DNA of 48,999 nucleotides from assembly GCA_964500655.1 (NCBI GenBank), contig CAZCPP010000001.1, positions 1-48,999 on the forward strand, in the 5' to 3' direction. Below are positions 19,121 to 29,049 of the stretch, piece after piece. Both the position numbers and the translations under genes were made by a program. The stretch is from an uncultured Anaerolineaceae bacterium (GTDB lineage Bacteria; Chloroflexota; Anaerolineae; Anaerolineales; Villigracilaceae). The notes beneath the pieces were generated by a model. It searched no databases, was not told the origin of the DNA, and saw only the letters and a program-made list of their open reading frames with translations. The stretch's first letter is position 1; every line of letters starts with the position of its first letter.

Positions 19121-19968
19121 GCAGCCTCCACTACAGAAAATAATGGTTCTCTAGGGACATTGCACCCTGTCCACAATTCAAATGACAACGCGGCTTGTTC
19201 GACCAGCATACCCAGCCCTGAAATCGCCTGCAACCCTGCTTCACGTGCATCCTGGACAAGTTTTGTCTCACGCGGATTGTAGACCAGATCATAAACTATT
19301 GCTCGCTTTGGGAAAGATAGCCCTGTAGGCCAGGGAGATTCATGAATATTTGGCGCCATACCCACTGGTGTTGTGTTTACAATGAGATGAAGGGAAGTAA
19401 GAAGTGATTGGATAGCCGAACGGTGAAAATCAATACGAGATAGTTGGGAACCAAAAATAGAAAGATGCTCAATTAACTCTAGTATCTGTTCAGGGCGTCG
19501 GGAAGCAATGGCAACGTTCCACCCGTCATTTACGAGTGCGTAGGCTATTGCCCGCGCCGATCCGCCGGCACCAAGTACCAATGCGTTTTTCGTCACTCCG
19601 TGTGTTGGTTGATTAGCTGCAAGAATTTTATGCAAATCAAAGAGAAACCCAGGAACATCGGTATTATCCCCAATCAATATCCCATTTTTCATAAAAATTG
19701 TATTCACTGCATCGATAGCCTGCACAGTTGGAGAAAGTTCATCAAGCAGTGGAATGACTTTTCGTTTGTAGGGAATAGTAACGTTTAGTCCAATGATTTC
19801 ACCTTTACAACCACGTGCAAGAAGAGCCTTCAAGGCTACTTGGTTATCAGGATTTATTGAAAATAATGAATAGTCACCTTCCAATTCACATAGGTATAAC
19901 GCGGCATTATGGATAATCGGTGAGAGGCTGTGACCAAGAGGATAGCCAATTAGGCCTAAGTGAATCAC
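19117..19968 (-). CDS. aroE: shikimate dehydrogenase
   Basis: 283-aa ORF with LIGYPLGHSLSP, NVTIPYK and the Rossmann motif LGAGGSARA. It has 4-nt overlaps on both sides. Confidence 0.93.
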   Translation of the reverse strand: MIHLGLIGYPLGHSLSPIIHNAALYLCELEGDYSLFSINPDNQVALKALLARGCKGEIIGLNVTIPYKRKVIPLLDELSPTVQAIDAVNTIFMKNGILIGDNTDVPGFLFDLHKILAANQPTHGVTKNALVLGAGGSARAIAYALVNDGWNVAIASRRPEQILELIEHLSIFGSQLSRIDFHRSAIQSLLTSLHLIVNTTPVGMAPNIHESPWPTGLSFPKRAIVYDLVYNPRETKLVQDAREAGLQAISGLGMLVEQAALSFELWTGCNVPREPLFSVVEAA

Positions 19969-21251
19969 TGTAAAGATTCCAATTCGTTGAAATAGCTCGG
20001 GAAGGTTTTAGCGACACAACTGGGATTTTCAATGGAAATCCTAGGTACCCGCAAGCCAATCAACGAAAAAGCCATCGCCATGCGGTGGTCATTGTAAGTT
20101 TTGATCGTTGTTGGTTGAATCTTGTCGCATGGGTATATAGTCATACCATCTTCATGTTCCTCTACATGCACTCCCAGACGAGATAGTTGATTACAGATAG
20201 CTGATACGCGATCTGTCTCTTTTACGCGAGAGGATGAAATTCCGCGAATTCGAGTCGGTGTGGAAGCGAAAGGTGCGATCACCCCCAAAGTTAAAGCCGT
20301 ATCTGAGATATCGCGCATATTTATATCTACACCGCGCAATTCATTGACTGCGATGACCTCAATCGAGTTGCCATTCTCGTTAACCACGCATCCCATTTTC
20401 GCCAGTACATCCAAAAAGGCGATATCTCCTTGCCATGAAGAACGGCTTATGTTTTCCACTTGCACCCTGCCACCACAAAGCGCAGGGGCGGCGAAAAAGT
20501 ATGAGGCTGCAGAAGCATCTGATTCAACTTGGAAATCAGAAACAGGAGAATAAGAACCTGGTGTGATATTAAAGCGCTTGTAGCCATCACGTATCACATT
20601 AATACCAAATTTTTTCATTATCGCTAGCGTCATATCCACATAGGGTTTGGAATTGAGTTCGGTGCTGACTTCAATTTCTACTGGAGATTGGGCAAATGGA
20701 GCAATCATCAGCACAGCCGATAAATATTGAGAAGAAACATTTCCAGTGATTTTTGCCTTACCTCCAGGGAGACCCGCAGCAATGATTTTGATAGGTGGAC
20801 AAACTGATGCCCCCTGATTATTTACTGCCGTTATCTTGGCTCCTAACTGTTTGAGCGCAGTCACCAAATCCCCAATTGGACGTTCTCGCATACGAGCATC
20901 ACCATCCAAATAAAAGTCTCCTTCACCAATGGTGAGGAAAGCCGAAAGGAAACGAGCTGCGGTGCCTGCATTACCGATGAAAAGTTCAGCAGCATGGGCG
21001 GGGATATGCCCACCAAGGCCGGTAACGACTATTTCACATATTTTCTCATCCATGGAAATATTGAAACCGAGAGTTTGCAAAGCATTGGAAAAGTAATAAG
21101 AATCGTCAGAAAAGAGCGCATTTTGTAGACGGGTTTTTCCATCTGCGAGTGCGGAAATTAGTATTGCCCGGTTAGTCAATGACTTGGAGCCAGGTACTCT
21201 AACCTTAGCATTGAGGGGTTGCTTGATAGGTTTAATAGGCTTAATCTGCAT
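19965..21251 (-). CDS. aroA: EPSP synthase
   Basis: 428-aa ORF with VPGSKSLTNRA, GNAGTAARF and DHRMAMAF. Confidence 0.95.
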   Translation of the reverse strand: MQIKPIKPIKQPLNAKVRVPGSKSLTNRAILISALADGKTRLQNALFSDDSYYFSNALQTLGFNISMDEKICEIVVTGLGGHIPAHAAELFIGNAGTAARFLSAFLTIGEGDFYLDGDARMRERPIGDLVTALKQLGAKITAVNNQGASVCPPIKIIAAGLPGGKAKITGNVSSQYLSAVLMIAPFAQSPVEIEVSTELNSKPYVDMTLAIMKKFGINVIRDGYKRFNITPGSYSPVSDFQVESDASAASYFFAAPALCGGRVQVENISRSSWQGDIAFLDVLAKMGCVVNENGNSIEVIAVNELRGVDINMRDISDTALTLGVIAPFASTPTRIRGISSSRVKETDRVSAICNQLSRLGVHVEEHEDGMTIYPCDKIQPTTIKTYNDHRMAMAFSLIGLRVPRISIENPSCVAKTFPSYFNELESLQ

Positions 21252-21259
21252 AAAAATAA

Positions 21260-22111
21260 TTAATTGATAATGGTGTGGTGCTGCGATTGAGCTAAAGTGA
21301 AAATCGATTCTAGAGTCGGATCGTCTTTGGATGCGAGCGCTGTTTCAATTTCCGCAAGTTGTTGTTGGTATGATTTTATAGCTTTCAAGATATATTCACG
21401 ATTTGACTGAATCACTCCCAACATCATGGATGAAGGCGTAGTAGCGAGTCGGCTGACAGATCGGAAGCCAGATCCAATTAAATCGACAGCTTCATTAGGG
21501 ACGGTCAGGACGAGCGCAGATGAGACGATGAATGGAAGGTGGCTTACAAAGGCCAAGGTGTTATCATGTTCAGGTGCATCCATAAACAACGCAACTGCTC
21601 CAATTGCACAAACAAGTTGTTCTGCGGCAGAAAGTGCACGTGAAGTGGTACGTGGCAGCAGAGAGAATACGAAAGGAGCATTTTTATATAATGTATTGTC
21701 GGCGTTTATTATTGATAGCTTTTCCTTGCCACAAATGGGGTGTCCTCCGAGAACTTCGAAGCGTTCGGGCAAGGCATCCATAGCAGATAAGATTTTTGAT
21801 TTTGTCGATCCAAGATCAAGCACAATGCAAGGGTTCTGCGTCAGCGAAGGCAAGCTATGGATATAGTGCAATATTGTTGAGACTGGTGTAGCCAAGATAA
21901 TGACATCAGCTTGAGGTAGGAGTTTAGCGGGGTTAGTATCGGCCTCGTCGACAAACTTTTTTTCGAGAGCAAGCTCAAGCGTGGCAGGATGCGAGTCGAT
22001 CCCGTACAGTGCAGCACATTTTCCTTTAAGTGCCAGTGCGAGCGATCCGCCCATCAAACCTAACCCTATGATTGCAATTCGCGCATCTTGTAATTTAAAA
22101 TCAGCCTCCAT
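21260..22111 (-). CDS. tyrA: prephenate (or arogenate) dehydrogenase
   Basis: Rossmann motif IAIIGLGLMGGSLALAL and GGHPICG. Start taken at ATG 22111, 4 nt after the DAHP synthase stop; the ORF track offers a TTG at 22132. Confidence 0.88.
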   Translation of the reverse strand: MEADFKLQDARIAIIGLGLMGGSLALALKGKCAALYGIDSHPATLELALEKKFVDEADTNPAKLLPQADVIILATPVSTILHYIHSLPSLTQNPCIVLDLGSTKSKILSAMDALPERFEVLGGHPICGKEKLSIINADNTLYKNAPFVFSLLPRTTSRALSAAEQLVCAIGAVALFMDAPEHDNTLAFVSHLPFIVSSALVLTVPNEAVDLIGSGFRSVSRLATTPSSMMLGVIQSNREYILKAIKSYQQQLAEIETALASKDDPTLESIFTLAQSQHHTIIN

Positions 22112-22115
22112 TTGG

Positions 22116-23162
22116 CTACCATCCAGCCACAACTGGGTTTTTGATGGGGGCGATGCGGCGTCCCATCGCTTCAGCTATGGCTTTCACATGCTTGACCATC
22201 TCTGCGAAATTTTCTGGTTTGAGAGATTGATCGCCATCAGAAACTGCATGCGCGGGATCAGGATGAACTTCAACGATAATCCCGTCCGCGCCCGCAGCGA
22301 TTGCTGCTCGGGCGATTGCAGTTACATAATCATCATGACCTGTAGAGTGTGATGGATCCAAAATAACCGGAAGGTGTGAGAGTTTTTTGAGAACAGGAAC
22401 TGCGTTTATATCAGTCGTGTTGCGAGTAGCTTTTTCAAAAGTGCGGATCCCACGCTCGCATAACATAACCTGCTTATTGCCCCCCGCGAGAATGTATTCG
22501 GCAGACATGAGCAATTCTTCAATAGTTGCAGATAAACCGCGTTTAAGCAAAACGCTTTTGCGCGTTTCGCCAATTGCACGCAAGAGGTTAAAGTTCTGCA
22601 TGTTTCGGGCTCCTACTTGAAGAACGTCCACGTAACCAAGTATCAAATCCAGTTGAGTTTGTGACATGATCTCAACGACAATTGGCATGCCTGTTTGTTC
22701 ACGCGCTTCAGCAAGATATTCAAGACCTTTCTCACCAAGTCCTTGAAACGAATATGGTGATGTGCGCGGTTTGAACACGCCACCTCTTAAGGCATTGGCT
22801 CCCGCTTCACGGACAGCATGCGCTGTTTCTAGAATCTGAGAACGTGACTCGACTGAACAAGGTCCTGCAATTACAACAATGTCATTGCCGCCAACTTGAA
22901 AACCATCGATCGGAAAGATGGAGTTTTCAGATTGTACCTGGCGCGAGCCCAGCTTGAACGGCTGAGAAATGTGTTCAACACTCTCAACTCCATCCATATC
23001 TACGAACAAATCTACCGCCTGAGACTTTACATCACCTACCACAACGATGATAGTGGTCTCAACTTCTTGAGTGATGTGCGGTGTTAGTCCATGATCTTTT
23101 ACTGTAATGACGACTCTCTCGACCTGTTGAGGGGTGGAATCGGGTTTCATCATAATTAGCAT
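22116..23162 (-). CDS. aroF: DAHP synthase, type I-beta with N-terminal regulatory (ferredoxin/ACT-like) domain
   Basis: 348-aa ORF. The N terminus [18 protein letters not shown] resembles the Thermotoga-type regulatory domain. The catalytic barrel carries GPCSVES, LKRG and DPSHSTG. Confidence 0.92.
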   Translation of the reverse strand: MLIMMKPDSTPQQVERVVITVKDHGLTPHITQEVETTIIVVVGDVKSQAVDLFVDMDGVESVEHISQPFKLGSRQVQSENSIFPIDGFQVGGNDIVVIAGPCSVESRSQILETAHAVREAGANALRGGVFKPRTSPYSFQGLGEKGLEYLAEAREQTGMPIVVEIMSQTQLDLILGYVDVLQVGARNMQNFNLLRAIGETRKSVLLKRGLSATIEELLMSAEYILAGGNKQVMLCERGIRTFEKATRNTTDINAVPVLKKLSHLPVILDPSHSTGHDDYVTAIARAAIAAGADGIIVEVHPDPAHAVSDGDQSLKPENFAEMVKHVKAIAEAMGRRIAPIKNPVVAGW

Positions 23163-23626
23163 TATATTTTCCTCCTGTGTGTGTTCAGTGACCAGGTGAC
23201 TCCAGGGGTATTTTGAGAGTTTGCCGAGATTATATTTTCCTGAATAAGATGACGATTCATGTTCGTAGTCAAGTCAGGTCGAAGATTTATAGCGTTGCGT
23301 AAATAGATATGATTAATTTCAAATTGTGTTTTATCCGTATTCCAGAGTAGCAGCACACGAATTGCGTGCGGCAGGCTGATAGGTACAGGAATCTCTTGCA
23401 TACAAATCATTGGGACAAGATGCCATCCCATCTGTCGAACTGCTTGCGGCGGGAAAGTTGAAACAAGATCATCTGTCATAGTAAACGTCACACTTGCAAT
23501 ATCTTCGGGATATAAACCAGTGTTCTCATCAATAATTACCTCAAATAGCTCACACGTGGCTTGCAGGATAAGGTCAGGTTCGTCTGCAGTAACTGTTGTC
23601 GCTCCACGAATTCCACGAATTGGCAT
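23162..23626 (-). CDS. aroH: AroH-type chorismate mutase
   Basis: Starts at the ATG at 23626 with AAGGAG 6 nt upstream. [12 protein letters not shown]...[10 protein letters not shown]...CMQE...LRPDL is colinear with Bacillus AroH. The 5' part of track ORF 23162..23785 is leader region, not coding. Confidence 0.9.
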   Translation of the reverse strand: MPIRGIRGATTVTADEPDLILQATCELFEVIIDENTGLYPEDIASVTFTMTDDLVSTFPPQAVRQMGWHLVPMICMQEIPVPISLPHAIRVLLLWNTDKTQFEINHIYLRNAINLRPDLTTNMNRHLIQENIISANSQNTPGVTWSLNTHRRKI

Positions 23627-23650
23627 CGGTTGCTCCTTGGTTGAGATAAC

Positions 23651-23683
23651 AAAAAAGAGCGAGACCGTGTGGTCTCGCTCTTT
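23651..23683 (-). terminator. intrinsic terminator / attenuator hairpin in the aroH leader
   Basis: Minus-strand RNA reads AAAGAGCGAGACC-ACAC-GGUCUCGCUCUUUUUUG: a perfect 10-bp GC-rich stem (up to 13 bp if the flanking AAA pairs with the first three U) plus U-run. It ends 24 nt before the aroH ATG. Confidence 0.85.
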
Positions 23684-23711
23684 ACGTTTACAGAAAACTC
23701 GCTCTATCTGC

Positions 23712-23789
23712 TTAAGCGTCACCAACGGCAACCGGTTTGTGGAGGCCGTAAAAATAAAACGCAAAGTAAAAGCGGAAGGAAGCAATCAT
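23712..23789 (-). CDS. Phe/Tyr-rich leader peptide (25 aa) of the aro operon attenuator
   Basis: ATG at 23789, TAA at 23714..23712. Translation MIASFRFYFAFYFYGLHKPVAVGDA, with 8 of the 10 codons 5-14 being Phe or Tyr. It lies between a promoter and the terminator at 23651..23683. Confidence 0.75.
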   Translation of the reverse strand: MIASFRFYFAFYFYGLHKPVAVGDA

Positions 23790-23799
23790 GTTGGCCGCT

Positions 23800-23828
23800 A
23801 TTCTATGCCAGACGAACACATTCGTCAA
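23800..23828 (-). promoter_or_regulatory. candidate sigma70-type promoter of the aro leader/operon
   Basis: Minus strand reads TTGACG (23828..23823), 17-nt spacer, TAGAAT (23805..23800). Only 10 nt separate the -10 element from the leader-peptide ATG. Confidence 0.6.
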
Positions 23829-23869
23829 GGGTGACGTATGTATTCATTGATACAGCCTACTATGGAAAA

Positions 23870-24637
23870 TCAGTTCAATGCGCTTCGAAACCCAGCTGCG
23901 AATTGTTTCGCCGCATCAACCGGATTATCGTTACCTCCAATTGTTTTCACACACGCAGAGCCAACAATGACTCCATCTGCCATCTCACCGACCTCTTTCG
24001 CTTGCTCCGGCGTGCTTATCCCGAATCCGACACACACCGGCACCGACGTGTGTTCTCGCACACGTGCAATCAATTCATACAGTCCTTCAGCTAATCGTTT
24101 GCGGGTACCAGTTATACCCGTTACACTCACAAGGTATATAAATCCTTTCGCTTCGCTCACAATTACTTTCATACGGCTAGCGGGGGTAGTAGGAGCCAAT
24201 ATTCGTATCAATGGCAGATCTACCGAAAGCGATTCAAATTCCTCTGCTTCTTCGGGAGGCAAATCTGGAATAATAAATCCATCTACCCCTGCATCTCGCG
24301 ATTCTTTGACAAATTCATCTAATCCATAAGATAACATCGGGTTGTAATATCCCATCAACACCAGTGGAATAGATACCTCTCGTTTACGTAATTCTGCGAT
24401 AGCCTGCAAAGATTTCTTTATCGTTACACCTTTTTCCAAAGCCACTTGCGTAGCCTGCTGGATTACAGGTCCATCTGCCAAAGGGTCGGAAAAAGACAAT
24501 CCCACCTCTATCAGATCAGCGCCATTTTCAGTCATCGCTTTGATGACATCGACTGAAGTTTCCAGGTCGGGATATCCTAATGGGTAATATGGCATAAATA
24601 TTGGTTTGTTTTTGAATGCGTTATCAATACTTTCCAT
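23870..24637 (-). CDS. trpA: tryptophan synthase alpha chain
   Basis: TrpA motifs are present (YYPLGYPD, ADLIEVGLSFSDPLADGPVIQ, GFGIS). The start is uncertain. ATG 24637 (GGAG upstream) gives 255 aa, while the track ORF extends to a TTG at 24721. Confidence 0.9.
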   Translation of the reverse strand: MESIDNAFKNKPIFMPYYPLGYPDLETSVDVIKAMTENGADLIEVGLSFSDPLADGPVIQQATQVALEKGVTIKKSLQAIAELRKREVSIPLVLMGYYNPMLSYGLDEFVKESRDAGVDGFIIPDLPPEEAEEFESLSVDLPLIRILAPTTPASRMKVIVSEAKGFIYLVSVTGITGTRKRLAEGLYELIARVREHTSVPVCVGFGISTPEQAKEVGEMADGVIVGSACVKTIGGNDNPVDAAKQFAAGFRSALN

Positions 24638-24727
24638 AAGACTCCAATTTGTCATAAAAATCAAATAAACGGAAATAAAATCTACTGATTTCAAAGGCAC
24701 CACCTTTTCGGAAGACAACAAAATCCT

Positions 24728-25930
24728 TCACAAGACAATCTCTCCCGACTCTTTAATCACAGTGCTTAAGTCCTTATCACCACGACCTGACAAATTTACC
24801 AATATCACATGATTTTTTTTCATTTTTGGTGCGCGTTTCACTGCTTCTGCTACTGCATGCGAAGATTCCAGTGCCGGGATAATTCCTTCAGTGTTACACA
24901 ACAATTTAAAAGCATCCAATGCCTCCTCATCCGTCGCCGAAGTATAGTAAGCACGTTCCAAATCACGTAATTGAGCATGCTCGGGACCGACAGCTGCATA
25001 ATCAAGCCCCGCTGAAACGGAATGTGTATCGGCAATTTGACCATCCTCATCTTGCAAGACAAACGTTCTTGTGCCGTGTATCACACCAATTCGCCCCTTT
25101 AACGGGTCGCCAAATCGAGCTGCATGTTTGCCCGAAGCAATACCGTTGCCTCCAGCTTCAACACCTATTAATTCAATATCATCATCATTTACAAACCCAT
25201 TGAAGATCCCAATTGCGTTGGAACCACCACCGATACAGGCGATCACAGTATCGGGCACACAGCCTACATCTGCCTGCATTTGGGTACGGGCTTCCCGTCC
25301 AATAACAGATTGAAATGCTCGCACCATGGTTGGGTACGGGTGCGGCCCTAATGCCGAACCCAGTAAATAATGTGTATCAGCCACATTTGTTACCCAATCG
25401 CGGATAGCCTCATTGATTGCGTCTTTCAAAGTTTGGGTACCCGAAATCACAGGCTTCACTTCTGTCCCAAGCAGCTTCATACGAAAGACATTCGATTCTT
25501 GGCGTGCAATATCTACCGTCCCCATGTAAACTACACACTCAAAACCAAACAAAGCAGCAACAGTTGCAGAAGCAACACCATGCTGTCCCGCTCCAGTCTC
25601 TGCTACCATCCTATTTTTCCCCATGCGCTTCATCAATAAGGCCTGTCCAAGAGCATTATTGATTTTATGAGCACCCGTATGAGCAAGATCTTCTCGCTTC
25701 AAGTAAATCTGTGCACCACCTAAATGCTCAGAAAGTCGCCGCGCATACGTCAACGGCGTTGGTCGTCCAACGAAGGAGGTCATCAACCCATCAAACTCTG
25801 CTTGAAACTCTACATCTTCTTGTGCTTGAACAAAGGCCTGTTCTAACTCGATCAGCGCCGGCATCAACGTCTCTGGCACAAACTGCCCCCCGTATGGCCC
25901 AAATTTATGTGGTAACAAGGTCGTTGCCAT
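24728..25930 (-). CDS. trpB: tryptophan synthase beta chain
   Basis: Start at ATG 25930 with AAGGAG upstream ([20 protein letters not shown]). PLP lysine motif HTGAHKINN and GGGSNAIG are present. It overlaps the trpF 3' end by 26 nt. Confidence 0.94.
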   Translation of the reverse strand: MATTLLPHKFGPYGGQFVPETLMPALIELEQAFVQAQEDVEFQAEFDGLMTSFVGRPTPLTYARRLSEHLGGAQIYLKREDLAHTGAHKINNALGQALLMKRMGKNRMVAETGAGQHGVASATVAALFGFECVVYMGTVDIARQESNVFRMKLLGTEVKPVISGTQTLKDAINEAIRDWVTNVADTHYLLGSALGPHPYPTMVRAFQSVIGREARTQMQADVGCVPDTVIACIGGGSNAIGIFNGFVNDDDIELIGVEAGGNGIASGKHAARFGDPLKGRIGVIHGTRTFVLQDEDGQIADTHSVSAGLDYAAVGPEHAQLRDLERAYYTSATDEEALDAFKLLCNTEGIIPALESSHAVAEAVKRAPKMKKNHVILVNLSGRGDKDLSTVIKESGEIVL

Positions 25931-26591
25931 AATTCTCCTTGACTGAAGCCTGATTCTTGCCATAATCAATATCTGATGCTGAACGAACCGCTAGCACGAA
26001 CGCTTTCATCTTGCTCGCATCTTTCTCACCCGCACCGGTCTCAACTCCCGAAGCCACATCCACGCCCCAGGGTTGAACATTCCGAGTCGCAGCTGCGACG
26101 TTCTTCGGATTCAATCCGCCTGCTAAAAAAAGTTGAAAACGCTTGGCTAATTCCGCCGCCGTTGACCAGTCTGCGGTTTTGCCAGAGCCACCGTATAATC
26201 CTTTCACTGCTGCGTCCAACAAGAATGCTGGTGCATCGATGCGGCCATAACTACCAATTTCTGACGGGATTCCTCGAAAGGCCTTAAAAGCTCGTGGCGA
26301 AAGTTGTGCGAATAACTCAGGCGATTCGTCTCCATGCAGTTGTGCTAAGTCTAGAGAGCAGGTATCCATAATATTATTGACTTCATTAGCTGACGAGTTC
26401 ACAAACACACCCACCAACTTTACAGTTAGATGTTCCTTCTTCAATGCAGTGGTTATTTGCATGCAAGTTATTTTATCGACAAAACGTACACTCTTTGGAT
26501 AGAAGTTAAACCCTAAATAATCCGCTCCGGCATCAATGGCTTCGAGGGCAGCATGGATTGTCTTGATTCCGCAAACTTTGATCTTCGTCAT
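25905..26591 (-). CDS. trpF: phosphoribosylanthranilate isomerase
   Basis: 228-aa [23 protein letters not shown], and [10 protein letters not shown]. Its ATGA overlaps trpC. Confidence 0.92.
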   Translation of the reverse strand: MTKIKVCGIKTIHAALEAIDAGADYLGFNFYPKSVRFVDKITCMQITTALKKEHLTVKLVGVFVNSSANEVNNIMDTCSLDLAQLHGDESPELFAQLSPRAFKAFRGIPSEIGSYGRIDAPAFLLDAAVKGLYGGSGKTADWSTAAELAKRFQLFLAGGLNPKNVAAATRNVQPWGVDVASGVETGAGEKDASKMKAFVLAVRSASDIDYGKNQASVKENYGNDLVTT

Positions 26592-27391
26592 AACGTTTTT
26601 AAATGCAAACCAGATAATTCGCGAACTTTTTCACCAATATCTTCTGCCATTACCAATGCTTCACCGACCAGAATCGCATCTACATGCGCGGATGCTAATC
26701 GTTCCACGTCGCTTGCAGTGAAAATTCCGCTTTCTGCAACGACGGCGATGTAATTGGGGATCAACGGTCGCAATTGCTCGGTTGTCTTTAGCAACACTTC
26801 AAAATTGGTAAGATTGCGATTGTTTATCCCAATCAAAGTAACATCATTCAGCTTTAATGTTCGCTCTGTTTCGAATTCGTTATGAACTTCGACCAGGGCT
26901 GTCAGTCCAAGGCCTATTGCACAGGCATGTAACTCCGCAAAGTGAACATCATCGGGTAACGCGCCAGCGATCAATAGAACGGCATCTGCTCCGTTAACTC
27001 TCGATTCATAAAGTTGCGCTTCATCAATGATGAAATCTTTCCTGAGCAAGGGTAGCTTTGACTTGCGTGAAAAGCGCAACTCGTGCAATGTTTCGAGCTT
27101 ACCCATAAAGTATTTTTCATCAGTCAAGACGCTAATCGCACTAGCGCCATTTTCAGCATAGATGTCCATCACCTGGAGCAGGTCGAGGTGCGGAGCCAGA
27201 ATCCCTTTGGAGGGAGATGCGCGCTTGAGTTCAGCAATCAGGCCTGGGTACCCATCGACGCGGCGTTGCTGTATTGCGGAAAGAAAATCTCTTGGCTTAG
27301 GACTGTGTTCCGCAGCGCGGCGCACAGCCTGGGCATCCAGCAGCGCAATTTCTGTCTTTTTATGGGCGATGATCTCAGCAAGAATGCTCAT
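26588..27391 (-). CDS. trpC: indole-3-glycerol phosphate synthase
   Basis: 267-aa ORF with AELKRASPSKG, LRKDFIID, GINNRNL and VAESGI. Confidence 0.94.
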   Translation of the reverse strand: MSILAEIIAHKKTEIALLDAQAVRRAAEHSPKPRDFLSAIQQRRVDGYPGLIAELKRASPSKGILAPHLDLLQVMDIYAENGASAISVLTDEKYFMGKLETLHELRFSRKSKLPLLRKDFIIDEAQLYESRVNGADAVLLIAGALPDDVHFAELHACAIGLGLTALVEVHNEFETERTLKLNDVTLIGINNRNLTNFEVLLKTTEQLRPLIPNYIAVVAESGIFTASDVERLASAHVDAILVGEALVMAEDIGEKVRELSGLHLKTL

Positions 27392-28407
27392 TATATGGAC
27401 TTCGAATATTCAACCAGTGCATCTAGTTTGGCGAGAGCCTGACCGTTATCGAGGGAAGCACTGGCTTCAGCGAGCGCGGATTTGAAATCACCTGTCTCAG
27501 CAGCCAGGGCGCCTGCAGCATTCAACAAAATGGCATCTCGCCGGGCGCCATTGCTCTTGCAACCAAGCAGATCGCGCATCATTGTGGCTGATTCATCCGG
27601 GTTTCCGCCACGCAAATCAGCAACAGTAGCACTTGAAAGACCGAGGTCGGCAGGATTAAGATCATATGTCTTGACCGCACCGTCTCTGAGATGGCTAACC
27701 CGATTGGTGCCGCAAGTATTTAGTTCATCGGTTCCGCCCGCTCCGTAAATAACCAGCGCAGCATGTGAGCCCAACTCATTGAGCACATTGGCAAGTGGCT
27801 CCGTCAGTTCAGGCGCAAATACACCCGTAAGCTGTACGTTTGCGCCAGCGGGATTGGTAAGTGGGCCAAGGATGTTGAAAATAGTTCGCTGACCAATTTC
27901 CTTGCGAGGGCCAATAGCATGCTTCATGGCTGGGTGGAATTTTGGCGCAAACATGAATCCAATTCCAACCTGATCAATTGCCTTGCCGACCTGTTCTGGT
28001 GTGAGATCGAGATTAACACCCAGGGCATCAAGTACATCTGCAGAACCACACTGTGAGGATGCTGCACGGTTGCCATGTTTTGCAACCTTTCGACCAGTAC
28101 CCGCCAACACGAAGGCTGCCGCAGTTGAGATGTTGAAGGTGTGCGCGTCATCTCCGCCTGTGCCAACAATGTCATAGACATGTTCAGATAATCCTGAGAG
28201 TTCAACTTTTACGGCATTGGAACGCATGGCTCGTACTGAACCAGTTATTTCTGGGATGGTCTCCCCTTTCATGCGCAAAGCGACAAGATACGCGCCAATC
28301 TGGGCGGGCGTAGCCTGGCCTGTCATAATGATATTCATCGCATCCTGTGCTTCGTCAGTTGTAAGGTCCTTTTTTTCGATGGTCTTTGCGATATATTGTT
28401 TTAACAT
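27391..28407 (-). CDS. trpD: anthranilate phosphoribosyltransferase
   Basis: 338-aa ORF with DIVGTGGD, KHGNRA and NILGPLTNPA. SD AAAGGAG lies upstream. Confidence 0.94.
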   Translation of the reverse strand: MLKQYIAKTIEKKDLTTDEAQDAMNIIMTGQATPAQIGAYLVALRMKGETIPEITGSVRAMRSNAVKVELSGLSEHVYDIVGTGGDDAHTFNISTAAAFVLAGTGRKVAKHGNRAASSQCGSADVLDALGVNLDLTPEQVGKAIDQVGIGFMFAPKFHPAMKHAIGPRKEIGQRTIFNILGPLTNPAGANVQLTGVFAPELTEPLANVLNELGSHAALVIYGAGGTDELNTCGTNRVSHLRDGAVKTYDLNPADLGLSSATVADLRGGNPDESATMMRDLLGCKSNGARRDAILLNAAGALAAETGDFKSALAEASASLDNGQALAKLDALVEYSKSI

Positions 28408-28446
28408 TGTGGTCTCCTTTTGGTTTACCGTAATTGCTCGGGAAAA

Positions 28447-29025
28447 TTACAGTTCAAGAAAATTCTTCAGCAGTTGTTTTCCATGTTGTGTGAGAATGGA
28501 TTCTGGGTGGAATTGCACTCCGAATATCGGGTGGTCGCGGTATTTTATTCCCATGATCTCTTCCTCCTCAGTACGAGCTATCACCTCAAGCTTTCCTGGG
28601 ACCGGATCGTAGACAATCAGCGAGTGATAGCGCATGGCTTCAAAGGGTGTCGGAATATCTTTGAAAATCCCCTGTCCATCGTGTTTCACCCAGGATGATT
28701 TGCCGTGCATAAGCCGTTGGGCTCGATCTACTTTGCCACCGTATATTGCACTTAAGCACTGATGCCCGAGACAAACACCCAGTACAGGCACTTTTCCGGA
28801 AAAATGGCGAATAACATCTGCTGATATGCCATCATCCTTGATGGGTTCTCCTGGCCCCGGGGATATAACGAGATGGTCTGGGTCGAGCACAATCAATTCA
28901 TCTAATGTTATTTTGTCATTGCGAAAAACTTTGACTTCCGCTCCAAGTTCGCCAAAATATTGAACCAAGTTGTAAGTAAATGAGTCGTAATTGTCGATTA
29001 TGGCTAGCACGGTTTTTCCCTTCAC
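28447..29025 (-). CDS. trpG: anthranilate synthase component II (glutamine amidotransferase)
   Basis: IDNYDSFTYNL, GVCLGHQ and FHPES are present. The track start at 29025 is a GTG. An alternative GTG at 29010 has a better SD (AAGGGA). Confidence 0.92.
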   Translation of the reverse strand: MKGKTVLAIIDNYDSFTYNLVQYFGELGAEVKVFRNDKITLDELIVLDPDHLVISPGPGEPIKDDGISADVIRHFSGKVPVLGVCLGHQCLSAIYGGKVDRAQRLMHGKSSWVKHDGQGIFKDIPTPFEAMRYHSLIVYDPVPGKLEVIARTEEEEIMGIKYRDHPIFGVQFHPESILTQHGKQLLKNFLEL

Positions 29026-29049
29026 TTTACAGATGTGGTTGCGATGAAA

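Noticed and set aside
23627-23785. N-terminal 53 codons of track ORF 23162..23785
   Set aside because: AroH homology and a strong AAGGAG SD begin at 23626. The upstream part crosses an intrinsic terminator and is better explained, in another frame, as the leader-peptide attenuator.
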